Positions 1 through 24,253 of a stretch of 64,000 nucleotides of DNA are shown piece by piece. Made by a program: the position numbers and the translations under genes. How positions within the stretch are numbered: position 1 is the stretch's first letter; each line of letters starts with the position of its first letter. Source of the DNA: Eledone cirrhosa (taxonomy: Eukaryota); assembly GCA_964016885.1 (NCBI GenBank), contig CAXHJY010000976.1, forward strand, positions 29,921 through 93,920, written 5' to 3'. The notes beneath the pieces are model-generated. The model saw only the letters and a list, made by a program, of their open reading frames with translations. It was not told the DNA's origin and did not search any database.

Positions 1-202
1 ACTATAACAATTGTCATTTACCTGCTTAAGTAATTAAGTTAATAATTAGTAAAACCAATTAAAAATATCAATAAAATCAGTATTTACCTGGGTATATTTA
101 TTTGACTTCCAAATAAATTTCGGTATTTGAATCCAAATATTTTCATATTCTTTTAAAACAGCTGAGTTTTAACATAGTTTTAACTCTGAGGTTCAGTTTA
201 TT

Positions 203-700
203 TGTGTGTAGGTGTGTATATTTATGTATGAACGGCTATATTATGTGTGCGTTTATGTATGAAAGGCTATACTATGTGTGTGTTTATGTACAAAAGGTTA
301 TAATGTGTGTGTATTTATGTAAAGGTTACTGTATGCATGTGTTTGTGTATGAAAGGCTACTGTATGTGTGTTTTAATGCAGTCTGTTCTGAGGATCATCT
401 TAACTTCAGTTAGGTTTATCTTCTTTAGAAAATTCTGTAGATGTATGTTTGTGTATGAAGGACTATTGTATGTGTGTTTGTGTATGAAGGACTATTGTAT
501 GTGTGTTTGTGTATGTGTTTGTACAGATGGTTTCACAATGTAATTCTGTGTGTTTTTATATGGAACGTTACTTATATGTGTGTATGTTAGCATATGAAAG
601 GCACATGTGTTTGTGTGTGTATATGAAGGGCTATTTATATGTGATTCTGTGTGTTTATATATGAAGGTCTTCTCAATGTGATTATGTATGTATATATATA
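203..700. repeat. Degenerate ~30-bp GT-rich minisatellite
   Basis: Recurrent GTGTGTTTGTGTATGAAGGACTATTGTAT-like units. Confidence 0.7.
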
Positions 701-715
701 TATATCAAAAACTTT

Positions 716-749
<34 letters not shown>

Positions 750-1839
750 AACAACTATATTACAACTACACCAAAACAGCATCAAAGCAAGTCATGTCTA
801 AAGTTCACAAATTCCAATAACAGAGAATTCCAGAATGTTGAAACTCAGTAACATTAACACTAGAAAGTTTGGACAACTTTTTTAAATAATGACAAAATTC
901 CATAAGTCTGAAAGTTCGAAGTCCAACTTGTTAGAATTGCAGTCTGACTGACAACTCATAAAAATTTAAACATGGAAAATGTTTTTGGTTTTGTTTTAAT
1001 TTTATTTCTCATTGACATAATTGTTTTATTTATTTTATCTGGTCTTTTCTATTTTTTCTGATGATTTATGATTTTATCTTCTTTATTTTGTATGGGTTCT
1101 CTTCAACTTCTCTAAATCTTCTCTCTTCATCTTTCTCTCTCTCTGTATTTCTCTCCTTCCTGCCTCTTCCTCACTCTAATCTGTCTGTTCTGTAGTAGTG
1201 TGTACTAAAGGGTCTTTTTTTTAACAAAGGGAGTTGCACAGATAAAAAAGGATGTATGTGTGTGATCATAATAGATAGCTGTGCTATATGTGTGTGTGTG
1301 TGTGTGTGTGTAATGTATTGCCAAAGGGCATGCTGTGTGGGCTGGGAGGAATGTGATGTGTGTTTGTGAACATCATACCAATAGCAAGGTAAACCTCAAC
1401 TTTGCTTTGTTATATGTATATATATTATTTGTGTACAGACACATATATTTACAGTAGAGAATTCAGCCCCTAGCCACAGGTTTAAATGAAATATTTTAAT
1501 TCTGTCTTGTGACCCCTGTCATGCAGTGTGTGTATGTGAGAAGATGTATGTATGTGTGCATGTGTTTGAATGTGTGTGTTATCAAACCCCCCCTCCTTTC
1601 TCTCTCTCTCTCTCTCTCTGTATGTTTGAAGGTGTATGTGTGTGTGAGAATGTTTAAAGGTGTATGTATATATATATATGTTCTCTTCTCTTTTTCCCTC
1701 ACTATGCACACATATGTATGCCATTTTATTCTTTTATTGTATTCAAACTTTAGCGAGTGTTCATGTTGAGGCATTGCCTTGATTTACTCAATCATATCAT
1801 TCCAAGTATCTAATGTTTCATGTCTGCTGCTCATTTTAT

Positions 1840-1995
1840 TGATCTGTAGTTTCCATCTATGAAATTCCACTCACAAATCATTAGTCAGTCTTAGAGTACA
1901 GTAGAAAACACTTGCCTAAGGTGCCATGCATTGGGACGGAACCTAGAATGATATGGTTGTACAGCAAACTCCTTAACCACTTGGCCATGTCTGCA
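1840..1995 (-). mobile_element. Degenerate tRNA-derived SINE
   Basis: Minus strand reads GCAGACATGGCCAAGTGGTTAAGGAGTTTGC ... GGTTCCGTCCCAATGCATGGCACCTTAGGCAAGTG (A/B-box-like head plus core). Confidence 0.55.
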
Positions 1996-2039
1996 CCCAT
2001 CTAGATGTTCAGGGTCAATTGATAGTAAGAGTGCCAATT

Positions 2040-2200
2040 ATGAAATAAATATATAAACCAAATGCACAGCACACAGCTCACAAAAACAAGATGGTGTAGG
2101 ACATAACAAAGAAAAGACAAAAATATCAAATTAGTCACTGAGGAGGTCACAGAATTTGTGATGAAAGAGCTTTGACAGTAAACAAACAACCATCTGGTTA
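2040..2200 (+). mobile_element. Old copy of hammerhead-bearing non-coding element (family C)
   Basis: AGTCA CTGAGGA G GTCACA gaatt TGTGAT GAAA GAGC TT TGAC at 2133-2176; homologous to 58970-59014 and to 23710-23800. Confidence 0.6.
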
Positions 2201-2236
2201 TTTAATTTTCCATGCTCACATAGGTTATTACATTTT

Positions 2237-2500
2237 GTTTTGGCTTGGTTTCTACAGCTGGATGCCCTTCCTAATGCCAACCACTTTACAGCGTGTACTG
2301 GGAGCATGTTTTCTATGGTTGGATGCCCTTCATAATGCCAACCACTTTACAACATGTACTGGGAGTATGGTTTCTATGGCTGGGTGCCTTTCCTAACACC
2401 AATCACTTTACAGCATGTACTGGCAGCATTTTATCATGACTCTGGCACTAGCACTTTTAAAGCGTAGACTGGCTGCTTTTCATTGTGGTACCAGCACATA
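2237..2500 (-). mobile_element. RTE LINE 3' UTR fragments, internally repeated
   Basis: TTTCTACAGCTGGATGCCCTTCCTAATGCCAACCACTTTACAG units match the 3' UTR of the RTE at 4024-5066. Confidence 0.6.
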
Positions 2501-3761
2501 TAAATAAATATATATATATGTATATATCAATCTGAAAATATATTCTAGAATGCTCTTTTGAAGATTTTTCTCAAAGATTTTGTCTTCTTGGTTGTGTGAT
2601 GCTGTTGGAGGATGAGTAAATGAATAAAACTATTTGCATGAGTTGGTGAAAGAGCAACCCTGTAGAATGCATGATGTTGATTTAAGAAACCATAATTCTT
2701 TTAATACCTAGCCTCATGAAATCTATTATGGTTTTATATATCTAAAACTCATCCAACATGATGTCATATAAGAACATTTTTTAAGTTATGCTCTAAACAC
2801 TAACCTAATAATGAGAAAATTAGTTATATTACAAAATCACTCCAACTTCTTTATTATTTTCAAGATGTTTTGAAAATTGCAGGCACTATCTTTCATTTAA
2901 AGTATGGTAACAAAAATATTAAAGTTTTTATATTTATCTGCAGACCTTCTATCATAATTTTATATAAGAACATTTATGTTATGCTCTAGACACTAACTTG
3001 ATAATAAGAAAGCTATAATACAAAATCCCTCCAAAATCTTGATTATTTTCAAAATTATTTGAAAATCATAGACTGTGACTTTCAATAGAAACATGATAAC
3101 AAAAGGGTTATATTAATTTTCTTCTGAGTCAACATACAGCACTGATTCAAGTTCATATAGATTTAGTAATACAACTGTTTTTAATTGTTATGACAAACTC
3201 ATGAGTTATGATGTTGTAGCTAGTGTCTTAGTTATTTCTCATATTTGTCTGTAGACCATTCAGTTAGTATTTAGGTAATTTAAATATAATTAATATTTCT
3301 TATTCAAGCATTGGTGTGAACCATTTTCTAAGTTGGAGTCAGTTAAGAAACACTTCCACAGTTCATTTCCTCACTCATATTTTCTATGGAACAAATTTTG
3401 ATTTAAAGCTGGTAAATGTCTCAGATGAATTTCAGAAAACTTAGCATCTCACTTACATACAAACATACATATAACTACTACATTACTGCTTTCACTCATT
3501 GTCAGGTATGGCTTTGTAGTATGTAACAAACTTTCGCTAAGGTTTTTAGGTGCCCATTCAGCTGAGCATCCAGGATGTGACAGCTGAAAGGCAAGAGGGC
3601 TGCACCACCACCAGGACTGGTACCTCCTTTATTGACATCAGAAGGATGAAAAGCACATTGAACCATAGTGGGATTTGAACTCAGAATGCAGAGATTTGGA
3701 ATAAATATTGAATTCCCAAATACTCTGTCTAACCAATTCTAGCATGGAAAATGCTTATATA

Positions 3762-4012
3762 GGACTGGTTTGGATTTCTACGGCTGGATGCCCTTCCTAA
3801 CACCAACCACATTTACAGTGTGTGCTGGATGCTTTTTGTCGTGACACCTACATAACCACTTTACAGTGTGGGCTGGGCGTTTTTTGTTGTGACACCTACA
3901 CGACCACTTTACAGAGTGGGCTGAACGATTTTTGCCTTGATACCTACACAGCCACTTTACAGTTTGGACTAGGCGCTTATTGTCATGACACCTACTCGAC
4001 CACTTTACAGTG
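3762..4012 (-). mobile_element. RTE 3' UTR fragment with ~39-bp internal tandem repeats
   Basis: Repeats of GTGACACCTACACGACCACTTTACAGTGTGGGCTG, same family as 4024-5066. Confidence 0.65.
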
Positions 4013-4023
4013 TATATATGTAT

Positions 4024-5066
4024 GTCATCATCATCATCATCATCATCACCGTTTTACGTCCGTTCTTCCACGCTAGCATGGGTTAGACGGGTTGTCCTGT
4101 TGTGGGCAGTGTCTGGTCGGCTGACCATGCCTTGCTCATACAGGAACTGATCTGGCTTGATTTCTACAGCTGGATGCCCTTCCTAACACCAACCTCATTT
4201 ACAGTGAGTGCTGGGTGCTTTTTCGTGGCGCCTACACGTCCACTTTACAGTGTGGGCTGGGTGCTTTTTTGCCGTGGCACCTCCACGGCCACCTTGCGGT
4301 GGGGGGGGGGGGGCATATTGTTTATATGCTTCAGCATGTACCCATGGGAGGTCGGGTACCCTGTATTACTGCGTGACGCCAGAAGTCACGGTCGTGTGTC
4401 ATTGACTTTGAGAGGTGTAGTTGGGTAAGGTCGGCTTTTATCACCTCATCCCAAGTCATCTTGGGTCTCCCCACTCCGCGGTTTCCATCAACTTCTAGTG
4501 CTCTGCACCTTTTTATGCAGCTGTCATCCTTCATACGCATCACATGTCCATACCAGCGTAACCGCCTCTCCTGCACGCAGCATTTGATTCCTCTTATGCT
4601 CAGTCTCTCTCTCAATTCCTTTATGCTTTGTCGTTCACGTATATTACTGTTACACATCCATCGGAGCATGCAGGCTTCGTTTCTCTCTAATCTACGTAAG
4701 TCTTCCACCTTCAGCGCCCAGGTCTCACTACCATGCAACATCGATGTTCGGATACACGCATCATACAGTCTGCCTTTCATTCTGAGGGAGAAGCCTTTTG
4801 CAGCTAGCAGTGGTAGTAGTTCCCTAAACTTCTTCCATCCCGTTCTTACCCTAGTTATTGTACTTTCTGAGCACCCACCTCCGTTGCTAATTCGGTCACC
4901 TAGGTAGCAGAAGCTGTCTACTGTTTCTACAGGGCCCTCCCAGAGATTGGTGGTACTTGTTTCCTGTGGCTGTTTGCTTGCTGTTTCAGCACAGCTGCTG
5001 CATGTGAATCCTACATTCTTAATTAAGCTTCCTGAGATCCCGCTACATCTCTTGTGTACCCATTGT
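4024..5066 (-). mobile_element. 5'-truncated RTE-clade LINE (C-terminal ORF + 3' UTR + (GAT)n tail)
   Basis: Minus ORF ...VDSFCYLGD...GWKKFRELLP...MLHGSETW...RLRWYGHVMR...GRPKMTW; (CAT)n at 4026-4048 on +. Confidence 0.9.
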
Positions 5067-5331
5067 ATATATGTATATATATGTATGATATGTATATATA
5101 TATATATGTATGATATGTATATATATATATATATATTTTATATATACTCTGATGTTGCATATATAACATATACTAATGTTGTCTTTTATTTTTTTATTGC
5201 TTCTTTAATTTCAGGAACTTGTGCATTACATTAATATGACAGCTGTGAATCACAGCAATATTATGACAGCAGGAATAATGCATTGAAATATCGCAACACA
5301 TTGTCTGGGCAACGGCATTTCAGATGCAGTG

Positions 5332-15457
<10,126 letters not shown>

Positions 15458-15459
15458 GT

Positions 15460-16000
15460 ATATATACACACATACATACCTCAACATCGATATACACATC
15501 CTATATCCATAACCATGCACCTACATACCTATGCTTATACATCTACATTTAGATCTATGCACCTACATTTATGCATATATCTATATCTACATCCACGTAC
15601 CTACATCCATGCTACTACACATCTACAATTACCTATTTTTATACCTACACAGACCTGCATCTATACCCATATCCATGCACCTATATATCTACACACCTAC
15701 ATCAACACCAACACACATACATACAAACATACATCAACATACATACACACCCACATACCTATAGATACACTTACATCTACATACCTACATTTACCCAACC
15801 CTACACTGTCACACATACCCATCTATATACCTACACATCAACGCATCTACACCTACATTTACGCACATGCATCTACATATCTACAAACCTGCATCTTTAC
15901 ATACACATACACCCCTATTCACACCTACACTGTTCCCCATTTTACATACATACACCTTTTATACCCCTATATAGCCAGCTACCCTTCACCCACCAATATA
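15460..16000. repeat. Degenerate CA/TAC low-complexity repeat
   Basis: ACACATACATACCTACATCT-type degenerate units between exon 8 and the 16022 acceptor. Confidence 0.8.
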
Positions 16001-16021
16001 TTCTCCATTGTCTATTTTCAG

Positions 16022-16043
16022 GAGGAAACCCAAACAGTCATGA
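16022..16043 (+). CDS. TMEM68: Probable alternative/true terminal TMEM68 exon encoding (K)RKPKQS*
   Basis: Donor AA|GTGAGT (15453/15454) and acceptor tctattttcag|G (16021/16022) join in frame to give a C-terminal KxKxx motif. Confidence 0.6.
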
Positions 16044-16106
16044 CAGAACTACACACATTTTAATGGAGATTTACTAAATTCCTGGGACCCTGCTTACTGC
16101 TGTTCT

Positions 16107-16328
16107 ATGATGATGATGATGGTGATAAGATTGATGGTAGTGATGGCGATGATAATGAGGGCAATGTTGATGCTGGTAGTGGCAATGGTGATGATCAAGG
16201 TGGTGGTGGTGACAATTGTGATGACAATGATGACAGATGATGAGAACAATGGTGATGGTGGTGATGGTGACAGTAGTGAGGATGGTGCTGATATTGGTGA
16301 TGGTGATGATGATGGTAGTGATGATGGC
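16107..16328. repeat. (GAT/GGT)n trinucleotide repeat, probably in 3' UTR
   Basis: Degenerate GATGATGGT repeats. Confidence 0.85.
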
Positions 16329-16576
16329 CAACACATTTCTGTACTGCTGCTACATTCATTTAAAATTTGTTTCTCCCTACCCATCCCCTCTTGCCTCCCT
16401 CTCCCTCTCTCCCCTCATCTTGCTGCATTCTACCTGAGATGTGTATAGGATGTTTGTGTATGATATCTGTGTGTGTAGACATACTAAACAACTAACCACA
16501 ATGTCCAATCCTTTCTTCCCAGAACATTATTCTTCTGAAACTCCTGTACATCTTGCAGTTATCAACTTGTGAACAT

Positions 16577-18140
16577 TAACCCTTTTGATACCATATTTCT
16601 AATAAGAGACTGTCTGTAACTTTCAGTTATTGAAAGTAATCAAGAATATAGAAAGATTTAGTAAAATAATTTTCTTTTTGTTAACCCTTTCATTACTATA
16701 TTTCTAATGAGAGACAGAACCTAAGATTTTCTAATGATTTTGAAAATAATCAAGAGTTCTAAGAGATTTAAATAATATAACCTACTTTTTCGATATTAAG
16801 TTGGTGTTTAAAACATAACTTCACAAAGGTTTCTTAAATAAAGTTATAACAGAATCCTTTTAATATAAGTATGAACATTTTGAAATGGGCAGTGTTTTTA
16901 TAAAAATCAAGTATGATTTCATGTAGTTTGGTATCAAAACAATTAAGGGCATCAATTTAAATGGTTTCTGAGCTCCTCCAGACCAACCATGTAAAATATC
17001 TTTCTATTTCTCTCTCACTCATTTACCCTCTCTTTCATTCACTTTGTTTCTCTCTCTCTCTCTTTATTAATTACCATATTTCTATTGAAATACTTCCGCT
17101 ATGATTTTCAAGTAATCTAGACAAAGGAGAGATTTAATAATATAACTAATGAACTAACTTTCTCATTACTAATTTGGTGCTTGGAACATAACTTAGCAAA
17201 TACTCTCACATAGAATAATGATAGAATGGTTTTAGATAAATAAACAGATTTGTATAATAAAATTAAGGGTAGTTTTAAGCAGTTTGGAACATAAAATGTT
17301 TCTCATATAAAATTATGATGGAAGGTTTTTAGCTAGATATAAACAATTTCCAATAAACAGGTTTTTTATCATAGAAATGGGACAAACCCATCTAACCCAT
17401 GCTAGTGTCGAAGATGGAAGTTAAACGATGATGATGATGATGAAACAGAGGCAGTTTCAGTTGGTTTGGTATCCAAATGGTTAAGCTAGTATTTGGCACA
17501 TGACTTAATAAAGGTTCTTACATAAAATTATGCTGGAAGGTGTTTCAGATAAACACTTTAAAATAAAAAAGCTTTGTATCATATAACAAGCAGTGGTTTA
17601 GTATCAAAGGGGTGTTGGGAACATAACTAAGGTTCTTACTTAAAATCATGCTGGAAGGCTTTTAGATATACTTTAAAATGAACATCTTTGTATCATAGAA
17701 CTAGGGTGCATTTAAGGGGTTTGGTATTAAAAGGGTTAAGCTAGTGTTTGGAACATAACTCAACAAAAGGTATTTTTAAAAATAAATATTAATACTCTAA
17801 GTTAAACAGCTTTGTATCATAGGACCAGGGACAGCTTCAGGTGATTTGTTATCAAAAATGTTAAGTTAGTGTATGGAACATAACTTAACAAAGGTTCTTA
17901 CTTCAAATTATGATACAAGGTTTTTAGATAAATATAAACACTTTAAAATAAAATGTTTTGAATTATAGAATGGGTGTGGGGGTCATATCAAAAAGGTTAT
18001 GTTGTTGTTTGGAACCGAACTTAACAAAAGTTCTTACTTAAAATTATGATGGAAAGTTTTTAGATAAAAATAAACACTTTAATATATACAGTTTTGTATC
18101 ATAGAACCAGGGGTGGTTTGGTATCAAAATAATTAAGGGC
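16577..18140. repeat. Degenerate MITE-like/tandem ~120-bp repeat family with TTAA-CCCTTT ends (piggyBac-like)
   Basis: TTAACCCTTTTGATACC (16577), TTAACCCTTTC (16681), GGTATTAAAAGGGTTAA (~17723-17739); repeated GTTTGGAACATAACTTAACAAAGGTTCTTAC units; related sequence at 2690-3110. Confidence 0.5.
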
Positions 18141-19299
18141 ATCAACCTCAGTGGTCTCCAAGTTCTGCCAAAAAAATCTCTTAATTTCCTCTTGTTTTCA
18201 TTTACTCTCTCTCTTGCACTCATTTCTTATCACTTTCTCTCATACACACAACACACACTGCCTCACAAACTCACCATTCCTGTTTCTCAAGCATTCTGTC
18301 TCATAACTCATCCACCATCTCTCATTTTCCCACCATCCTTCAACATTCTCACCCTTTTGTTCCTCTCAATACCACTCAAGTTGATCCCCAATCAATCAGT
18401 CCCAGCCCATCTTCCTCAGAATAAAAAGACTTAATACAATACCCTAACAATCAACCAAACTTTTTATGTGAGATAAACCAGTCTATATTATATTTATTGG
18501 GGAGGTGGTGGACTGATACATTTTATCTATATTGGTAGTGGTGCTGGGAGGGGGACGATGACCAATTTAGTCCAATTTATTTTTACTTTTGTTTTGTGTT
18601 TTTTAAATTAAATTTGTTTATCCCCCCCACCTGATGCTTTTTTTTTTCCGCCTTTCTTTGCTGCCGTTGGAATCTTCTTTTGTTTCATTCTTCCCTCTAT
18701 ATAGTCTTCCTCTCCACTTTTCCCATCCCTCTAATTCTCGTTCTCCTCCAACCATTATTCCCTCTCCACCATATTCTATTTAAATATTAAATTACGAAAA
18801 TATGTAACCAAAAATTTATTTTCAGGATAAAAGAAATTACCAAAGATGAAATTTATGAACTTATGTCTGTCTGTCTACCTGTATCTCTCTCTGTGTCAGG
18901 AGTCTCTGTCCCTCATCACTCTCAGCTTTTCTTCTCTCTCTCTCTCTCTTTCGTATATATATATATATATAATGTCTCTGTAAACATGCACACTCAAATG
19001 TGTATGCCATTTGTCATTGTCTCTCATTCTCTGTTTCTTGTGTATCTGCAAATCAAGCTTATATGATGGTGGTACTCCAACAAGGCTACAGCCGGATACT
19101 GGAACTAATAAAATCATAAAAAGCAAAACAGTACATACATATTTAATGTCTCTGGTAGTTTTAATATTCTTCTTTGATGCTAAACTCCGCCAGTTGCAGA
19201 CTGCGCATCAACATGAGATATTTTTCTCCACAAAGTTTGCTCACCAACAGCAGACTTCAAAGAGCAAAGATCAAGTCCAGTCCATAGGTTGACATTATC

Positions 19300-19745
19300 A
19301 AGCCATCATTCTGGCTGCCAGCCTCTGTTTCTCTTACCAGCCAACCTTCCTTCTAGGCATAACCTACTCACACCATGAGTTGATCTTTTTATGACTGTAT
19401 AGTTTGAGTACTTTTGACTTGACAATTGATGTAATTGGTCTAAGTCTGGTAATATTGAGCAGCTCACTGATACAGATATGGTCGCTGAGCTGCTTGCCAG
19501 TCATAAGGCTCATGATGTGGTTCTGGAATGTAGAAAGCTTCTGAAGTGACCTTGACGTCCAATTAACACAGTCAATGAAATGGTCATTGCGCAGTATCAC
19601 ATCATTCTAGGTTGGGCAGCTTTCAACAAGAACAAGGAAGTACTAACATCAAAACGAGTTTCCTATCATTTGAAAGCTAAGAGCTTCGATACTTACATCC
19701 TACCAGTTGTGTTATATGGTCTTGACTGTTTTAATTGGACAAGTT
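19300..19745. mobile_element. Degenerate RTE-like LINE fragment with 5' inversion
   Basis: + strand GWAAFNKNKEVL...ILPVVLYGLDCFNWT; minus strand continues DCVNWTSRSLQKLSTFQNHIM. Confidence 0.6.
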
Positions 19746-20119
19746 TTTATATATATATGTATGGATGAGTTATATATCTTCTCTCTCACCTCTCTTTACA
19801 TTATTATGGTTCATACACGTAACATTCATTACGCTATCTTACGTCTCAAGGTATAAAGGCAGCAAACGCCTGTGGACTGTATACAACAATACAAAATGCA
19901 TATAACAGATCCACGGTCCTAATCTTTCATCAGTCGTAGAGCCATGTTGTCTGAACGATATTTCGGGGTGATATCCCTTGTGAAAAGGAAACAAAACCAG
20001 GCCACTATATTAATTCATAGTCCAAGGGAGGCGACTCTGAACTCTACAGAGGAAGCCAATTTACTCGGGTCATTCTCGCAACATTCACCCACCTCTTAAC
20101 AAATATACTGGGAGGGGAG

Positions 20120-20940
20120 CAGCACTTACATCCCCATCTTCACTTTCCTTTCTAACTTGAACTTGAAGAAGGCTTGGCCGAAGAGGAATACATCTATTCT
20201 TTCAGTCGTGTCCACCACACAACCTCTTTCGCAGAGGAAAACTGTCTGCACTTCTTGGCAAAAAGAAAGCAGCGAGGCGATCTTTACGATGGAGTCAGTC
20301 GATCCACCCCACGGGCAACAATAGCTGTTCGACAAAACTCCCTAAGTCAGCAATGCTCGGAGACTGGACGATTGTATGCAGAGGGTTTCATCGCAGTGCG
20401 TGCATATCGGTTAGGTCTGATAGCCCTTCCAGCCAGTAGAGTTTATTTCGAGCCGGCCTATAGAAATTATCTATAGGCCCGGGTGTTTGTAGTCGTTTAG
20501 GGCTGTTATCGCGCTTTTGCAGCACATGGCAGGAGATCGAAATAGGAACTATAGTCTGCCACCATCTCCGTACCCCGCTTTCTCCGAACAATTTTACAAA
20601 AGTTCCGCTGGAAAAACCGCATACATCTGCTTGTAATCGAGATTCACGTGCCTATTTTGGTCCGTCAAAAACTGAATCGAGGCTTTATTCCCACGCTGCG
20701 CCTTTGCCACACGTGCCCTTCGAACAGCTTTCATTCCTTCGAGCCTTGGTGCAGACAACGCGACCTTCGTGTTTCGCATTGAGGAAATGGGCTAGAGCCG
20801 TTCTTGCAGCCTCCGGTTGCTGTTGGAGATCGGGTGGTTCGACGTCCATATCTGGCTGGAGTTCCTTTGGGAATCCCCTTTAAAAGCCTACTCGTGACTT
20901 TTATATTAAGGGTTCCCACATCGTGGGAGGAAGCTCTCCC
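20120..20940 (-). mobile_element. Decayed, internally deleted L1/Tx1-like ORF2 remnant
   Basis: Frameshifted pieces: QRGNKASIQFLTDQN...DYKQMYAVF (post-endonuclease region) and PICTHCDETL...EVVWWTRLK (C-terminal Cys-rich region). Confidence 0.5.
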
Positions 20941-21819
20941 TAATGTTTTTTTGTAATTTTATAGTGACATAGTACCATTATTAACAGTTTGTGGCACTTT
21001 AAAAATGCTTGTGCCGAAAATCTCCTCCCCCTTCAATATCTTTACTTTGAGCTACGAGAACCCTCAATTCTTTGTTGTCCTTCCTCACTAGCACGAAGTT
21101 TGGTGTGTGTGTGGTTGGTTGTTGTGTATGTTTTAGTTTTCTGGGTAATTGTAGTTATGGTAGTGTTGGTGGTTCTGGTGATTGCATTGACGGTTGTGGT
21201 GTTGGTGGGTTTGGTGTTGTAGATGTATCTGAATTTGTTGTGGGTGTGTTTTCTGAAGTCTGTGTTGGTGTGAAACAAGATGGGTTTTCGTGTTTACTTT
21301 TTTTGAGGTGTGTGGGGAGGCACCCTCATCTTCACTTCGAGATGAGGCGATACCAGTGTCTGCGGAAGCTAATCCCTGATATGGGTGAGAGTGTGTTTGT
21401 GTAAGTGTTTATGAGTGTGTCTGTGTTTAGAGGTGGAGAGTTTTGTTGGAAGACACCCTGCGTGTTTTTCACGTCTGGTGTTGGTGCTTCTACTGCTACA
21501 GGTGTTCGTGCTTAGGGATTAGAATTGTGAACAATAACAAAGTGACACAACTGCAAGGTATCTTTCATCTAGTGTTCTAATGATTTGTAGCCTATAGGCT
21601 TCTACAACATCACCAGTAATAACAACAACAACAGTGTTCATAATATTTTCACAACTTTATTATATCACAATAGATTGGACCAGTGAAATGCCATGAGTGT
21701 TGTAGTTAGTTATCGTTTGGCGTTCGTTTATCTATTTTTACAAGAAGCTCGAAGTGAACTCCATTTCTAAGATGTTAACCGACAGATATTACAATACTTT
21801 CTCCTGAATAGGGTACCAT

Positions 21820-21995
21820 TCTGTCGCAGAGATAGCCCCTAGTCGCTGTTGTTGTTGGTACTCATTTGTTTCAGCTTAGTAAACTGGAGCAACTTGAAAT
21901 GATGTTTTGCTAAAACACGTCACCCTGTCTGAGAATCAAACGCATGGCCACTCAATCGTGAGTCCGACAATGTAACCACTAGGACAGACGGCTTC
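21820..21995 (-). mobile_element. tRNA-derived SINE
   Basis: Minus strand GCCGTCTGTCCTAGTGGTTACATTGTCGGACTCACGATTGAG...TTGCTCCAGTTTACTAAGCTG...AAATGAGTACC. Confidence 0.55.
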
Positions 21996-22344
21996 ACAAT
22001 TTTTGGAATAATTAAGGGATAGATCAGCTGTTTGTCGTGGAAATCTCTGGCGAGTAGGGCGAGACGATATTTCAAGTGTTGACTTAACGCCGTTTAATAT
22101 TAATTCTTTTGTTTGTACACCAGGACGCACGCGCACACATATATATACATGTGTGTTTATATGTGTATGTATATGTACATATATATACACATATTTTTCT
22201 TTTTTAATAGAATATAAGTTTTAGCTCAGAATCACTGCTCTCACTTTCTTCATGGATGTTCGGAAACTGAGATATTCTAAAATCTGTGTACGCAGATATA
22301 AACATTTCAAAGTACTACAGACAAACATCATATTCGAAACTGCG

Positions 22345-22600
22345 AAGGGTAACTATCGACGATCGTTTCTAACTCTGGTCGTTATCAAGACAGTGCTCCC
22401 CTTACTCTGCTCTCTGCTTGGAATTCAATATAGGCGAAACCATATATGAGGGTATTCAGACCATGTACATAGGCGACAAAACTATATGTTTTTCGCGTAT
22501 ATTGAATTCCAGCGGTGTCTCTGGTCTTTATCAAGACAGTGAACAGGGCACTGTCTTGATAAAGACCAGAGTCAGAAACGATTGTCGGTATTTACCCTCC
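22345..22600. repeat. Nested inverted repeats with decayed hammerhead-like motif (Penelope pLTR-type remnant)
   Basis: 22346-22398 pairs with 22546-22598; ACTGTC TTGATAA..GACCAGAGT GAAAC GATC GTC GATAGT on minus; inner hairpin GGAATTCAATATA/TATATTGAATTCC. Confidence 0.5.
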
Positions 22601-22730
22601 CTTGCTTCTCTTGGAATTCGCTTGATGGCGGTATGTCATCAGCTCCCGAAATTGGTTAACATATTGTATCTCATTAGATATACAAAATACACTTATTTGT
22701 ATAGAATTATGTTGGAGCAAACACCTTAAT

Positions 22731-22763
<33 letters not shown>

Positions 22764-22855
22764 ATTGGAAAAGAGACAGGAGCCCGATGGCTGAGTTCCG
22801 GCAGCTAGATCCGAACTAAGCCAGCTGTTTCTTACCACAATTCCTTTGGTTTATA

Positions 22856-23333
<478 letters not shown>

Positions 23334-23334
23334 C

Positions 23335-23523
<189 letters not shown>

Positions 23524-23578
23524 GCGGCGATGAATTAGTTTTGCGAGGTTTTTTATATGAAATCGTGTGTCGAAACAG

Positions 23579-24015
23579 ATATTGTTATATTTGGGGAGGG
23601 TCATATTTGCGTAATATTGCCAGAATTAATAACAGAACACACTCACTGTTTGGTTGGTTTTCGCTTCTCGCTGTCTTTTATATATATATATCTGCGATCT
23701 AACTTACTCAAAAAAAAAAATGGCGTAGACATACAACACAACAGGAGGAACAATGAATATAACACCACTGACGATGTTGCAGATGTGCAACGAAAGATTT
23801 ATGTAAACTATATATATATGTGTTTGTCTATATTGTATCTGTATTATTTTTGACCGCCGGTCAGTCAATGGCAACATTGAGGACCGAGTAAGTTAGATCG
23901 CAGATATATATATATAAAAGACAGCGAGAAGCGAAAACCAACCAAACAGTGAGTGTGTTCTGTTATTAATTCTGGCAATATTACGCAAATATGACCCTCC
24001 CCAAATATAACAATA
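23579..24015 (+). mobile_element. Family C hammerhead element with inverted copy of its 3' end
   Basis: 23579-23709 is the reverse complement of 23886-24015; the interior has CTGACGA T GTTGCA gatg TGCAAC GAAA (23768-23795); terminus ATGACCCTCCCCAAATATAACAATA is shared with ~59157-59180. Confidence 0.7.
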
Positions 24016-24023
24016 TATATACA

Positions 24024-24213
<190 letters not shown>

Positions 24214-24219
24214 TATACA

Positions 24220-24253
<34 letters not shown>

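Noticed and set aside
15515-16448. His/Thr/Tyr- and Met/Asp-rich ORFs
   Set aside because: Simple-repeat translations in the last intron and 3' UTR.
21000-21760. Thr-rich minus-strand region as a LINE ORF1
   Set aside because: Composition is suggestive, but multiple stops and no diagnostic motif; left unannotated.
23579-24015. MITE with 130-bp TIRs
   Set aside because: The same terminus occurs in the opposite arrangement at 59180/59655 and the interior holds a hammerhead core; this fits Penelope-type inverted ends better.
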